Source: Amoebidium appalachense
Taxonomy: Eukaryota > Protista > Ichthyosporea
DNA: 64,000 nt
Assembly: GCA_963693365.1 (NCBI GenBank)
Contig: CAVNZM010000014.1
Location: 7,006,001-7,070,000 of the forward strand
Reading direction: 5' to 3'
Position numbers and translations under genes: made by a program. How positions within the stretch are numbered: position 1 is the first letter of the stretch; every line of letters begins with the position of its first letter. The notes under the pieces are model-generated. The model was not told where the DNA came from. It did not search any database and saw only the letters and a list, made by a program, of their open reading frames with translations. Positions 63,216-64,000 of the stretch are shown piece after piece.

Positions 63216-63744
63216 ACGCGTGTGTGTGTTTTTGTGTGCGTTCCACACGCGCGTGTGCCTGTATGTTGTGTGTGTCTTTCTTCCATTCTTTCATTCTTTT
63301 CGTTTCTTCTTCTTTCTTTCTTTTTTTTTTTTTCTTCGTGGGGAGGGGGGGGGGGGGGGGGGGTTGATTATTTGGTGAGTAGAGGGGTGGGAAAAAGTGT
63401 GCAGCAATAAAACGTACTTGTGGCACGTACTACTACTAGCTCAATAACGGCGCTAGCTTTGCTCTTACGTGTTTTAGCGCAGTACATTTAGCTATTATAG
63501 GGGTCTAACTGGCTAATTCGTAGGTGGGCGGGCGGGCGGGTGGGCAGGGGGGCGGGGGGCCGGGGGGGGGGGGGGGAGGGGGGGGGGAGGGGGGTTCCTT
63601 ATGGGGCTGCATACCTCCCCTGTCCTTGTCTTTCTTTGTGGCCACCACGATGCACCTCATGCCGTCATAGCAGCCTGTGCCCAGTTTGTAGCCCACATTG
63701 CCACGTGCATGCCAGCTGCTCCCTCCCTCCTCGAATGAACCGTC
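61090..63744 (-). CDS. Single-pass membrane protein: CBM4/9-like domain, S/T/P stalk, TM helix, short tail (5' part not identified)
   Basis: Exons 63744-63615, 62847-62687 and 61722-61090 join in phase: [11 protein letters not shown]...GAWQAVNY...IQVGAWTRA...[10 protein letters not shown]...VYFDSVSL, then a T/S/P-rich stalk, then [27 protein letters not shown]. The domain call is by pattern only. Confidence 0.75.
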
Positions 63745-64000
63745 CTGTAGGGTCGGTGGACCTTTTTTTTTTTTTTTTGGTGTGTGTGTGTGGGGGGGGG
63801 GGGGGGGGGGGGGAAGGGGGGGCATGTGTGTGTGTTCGGTCGTTGTGGTGGTTGGAGGGGGAAGGGGGCAGGTGGGCGGAGGTCGTGGTGGTCGTGGTGG
63901 TCGTAATAATAGATAGAGACGAAAAAAAATAAGAGGAAATGAAACGAAGAAAGACAGAATAAACAGAATAAACCGTCCAGCGGCAGAAGGAAAGGGTTTT

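Overview
Eukaryotic, intron-rich genomic DNA. It is most likely from a unicellular opisthokont (inferred from a forkhead factor, a KIN1/MARK-like kinase and SLX9/FAM207A). The introns are packed with (GT)n/(CA)n, (GA)n and poly-G/poly-C tracts, so nearly all ORFs in the six-frame track are microsatellite artefacts. By manual exon assembly I find eight protein genes: RPB8 (-), a forkhead transcription factor (-), phosphoglucomutase (-), SLX9/FAM207A (-) head-to-head with BUD23 (+), an intronless nucleoside hydrolase (-), a KIN1/MARK kinase (+) and a 5'-incomplete single-pass membrane protein (-). Mobile or repeat DNA includes a hAT-type MITE with an 8-bp TSD, a perfect 191-bp-arm foldback palindrome and a possible Helitron/Helentron-like end. 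The most interesting signal is a dispersed repeat (6 clear and about 5 decayed copies) that sits in poly(C) tracts and shows a pseudo-LTR-like partial tandem. Its two longest, divergent copies carry every hammerhead core strand (CUGAGGA, GAAA, GUU) plus co-varying helices, but in a non-canonical, pseudoknotted order. It is a candidate new ribozyme architecture in a non-autonomous Penelope-like element, untested here.
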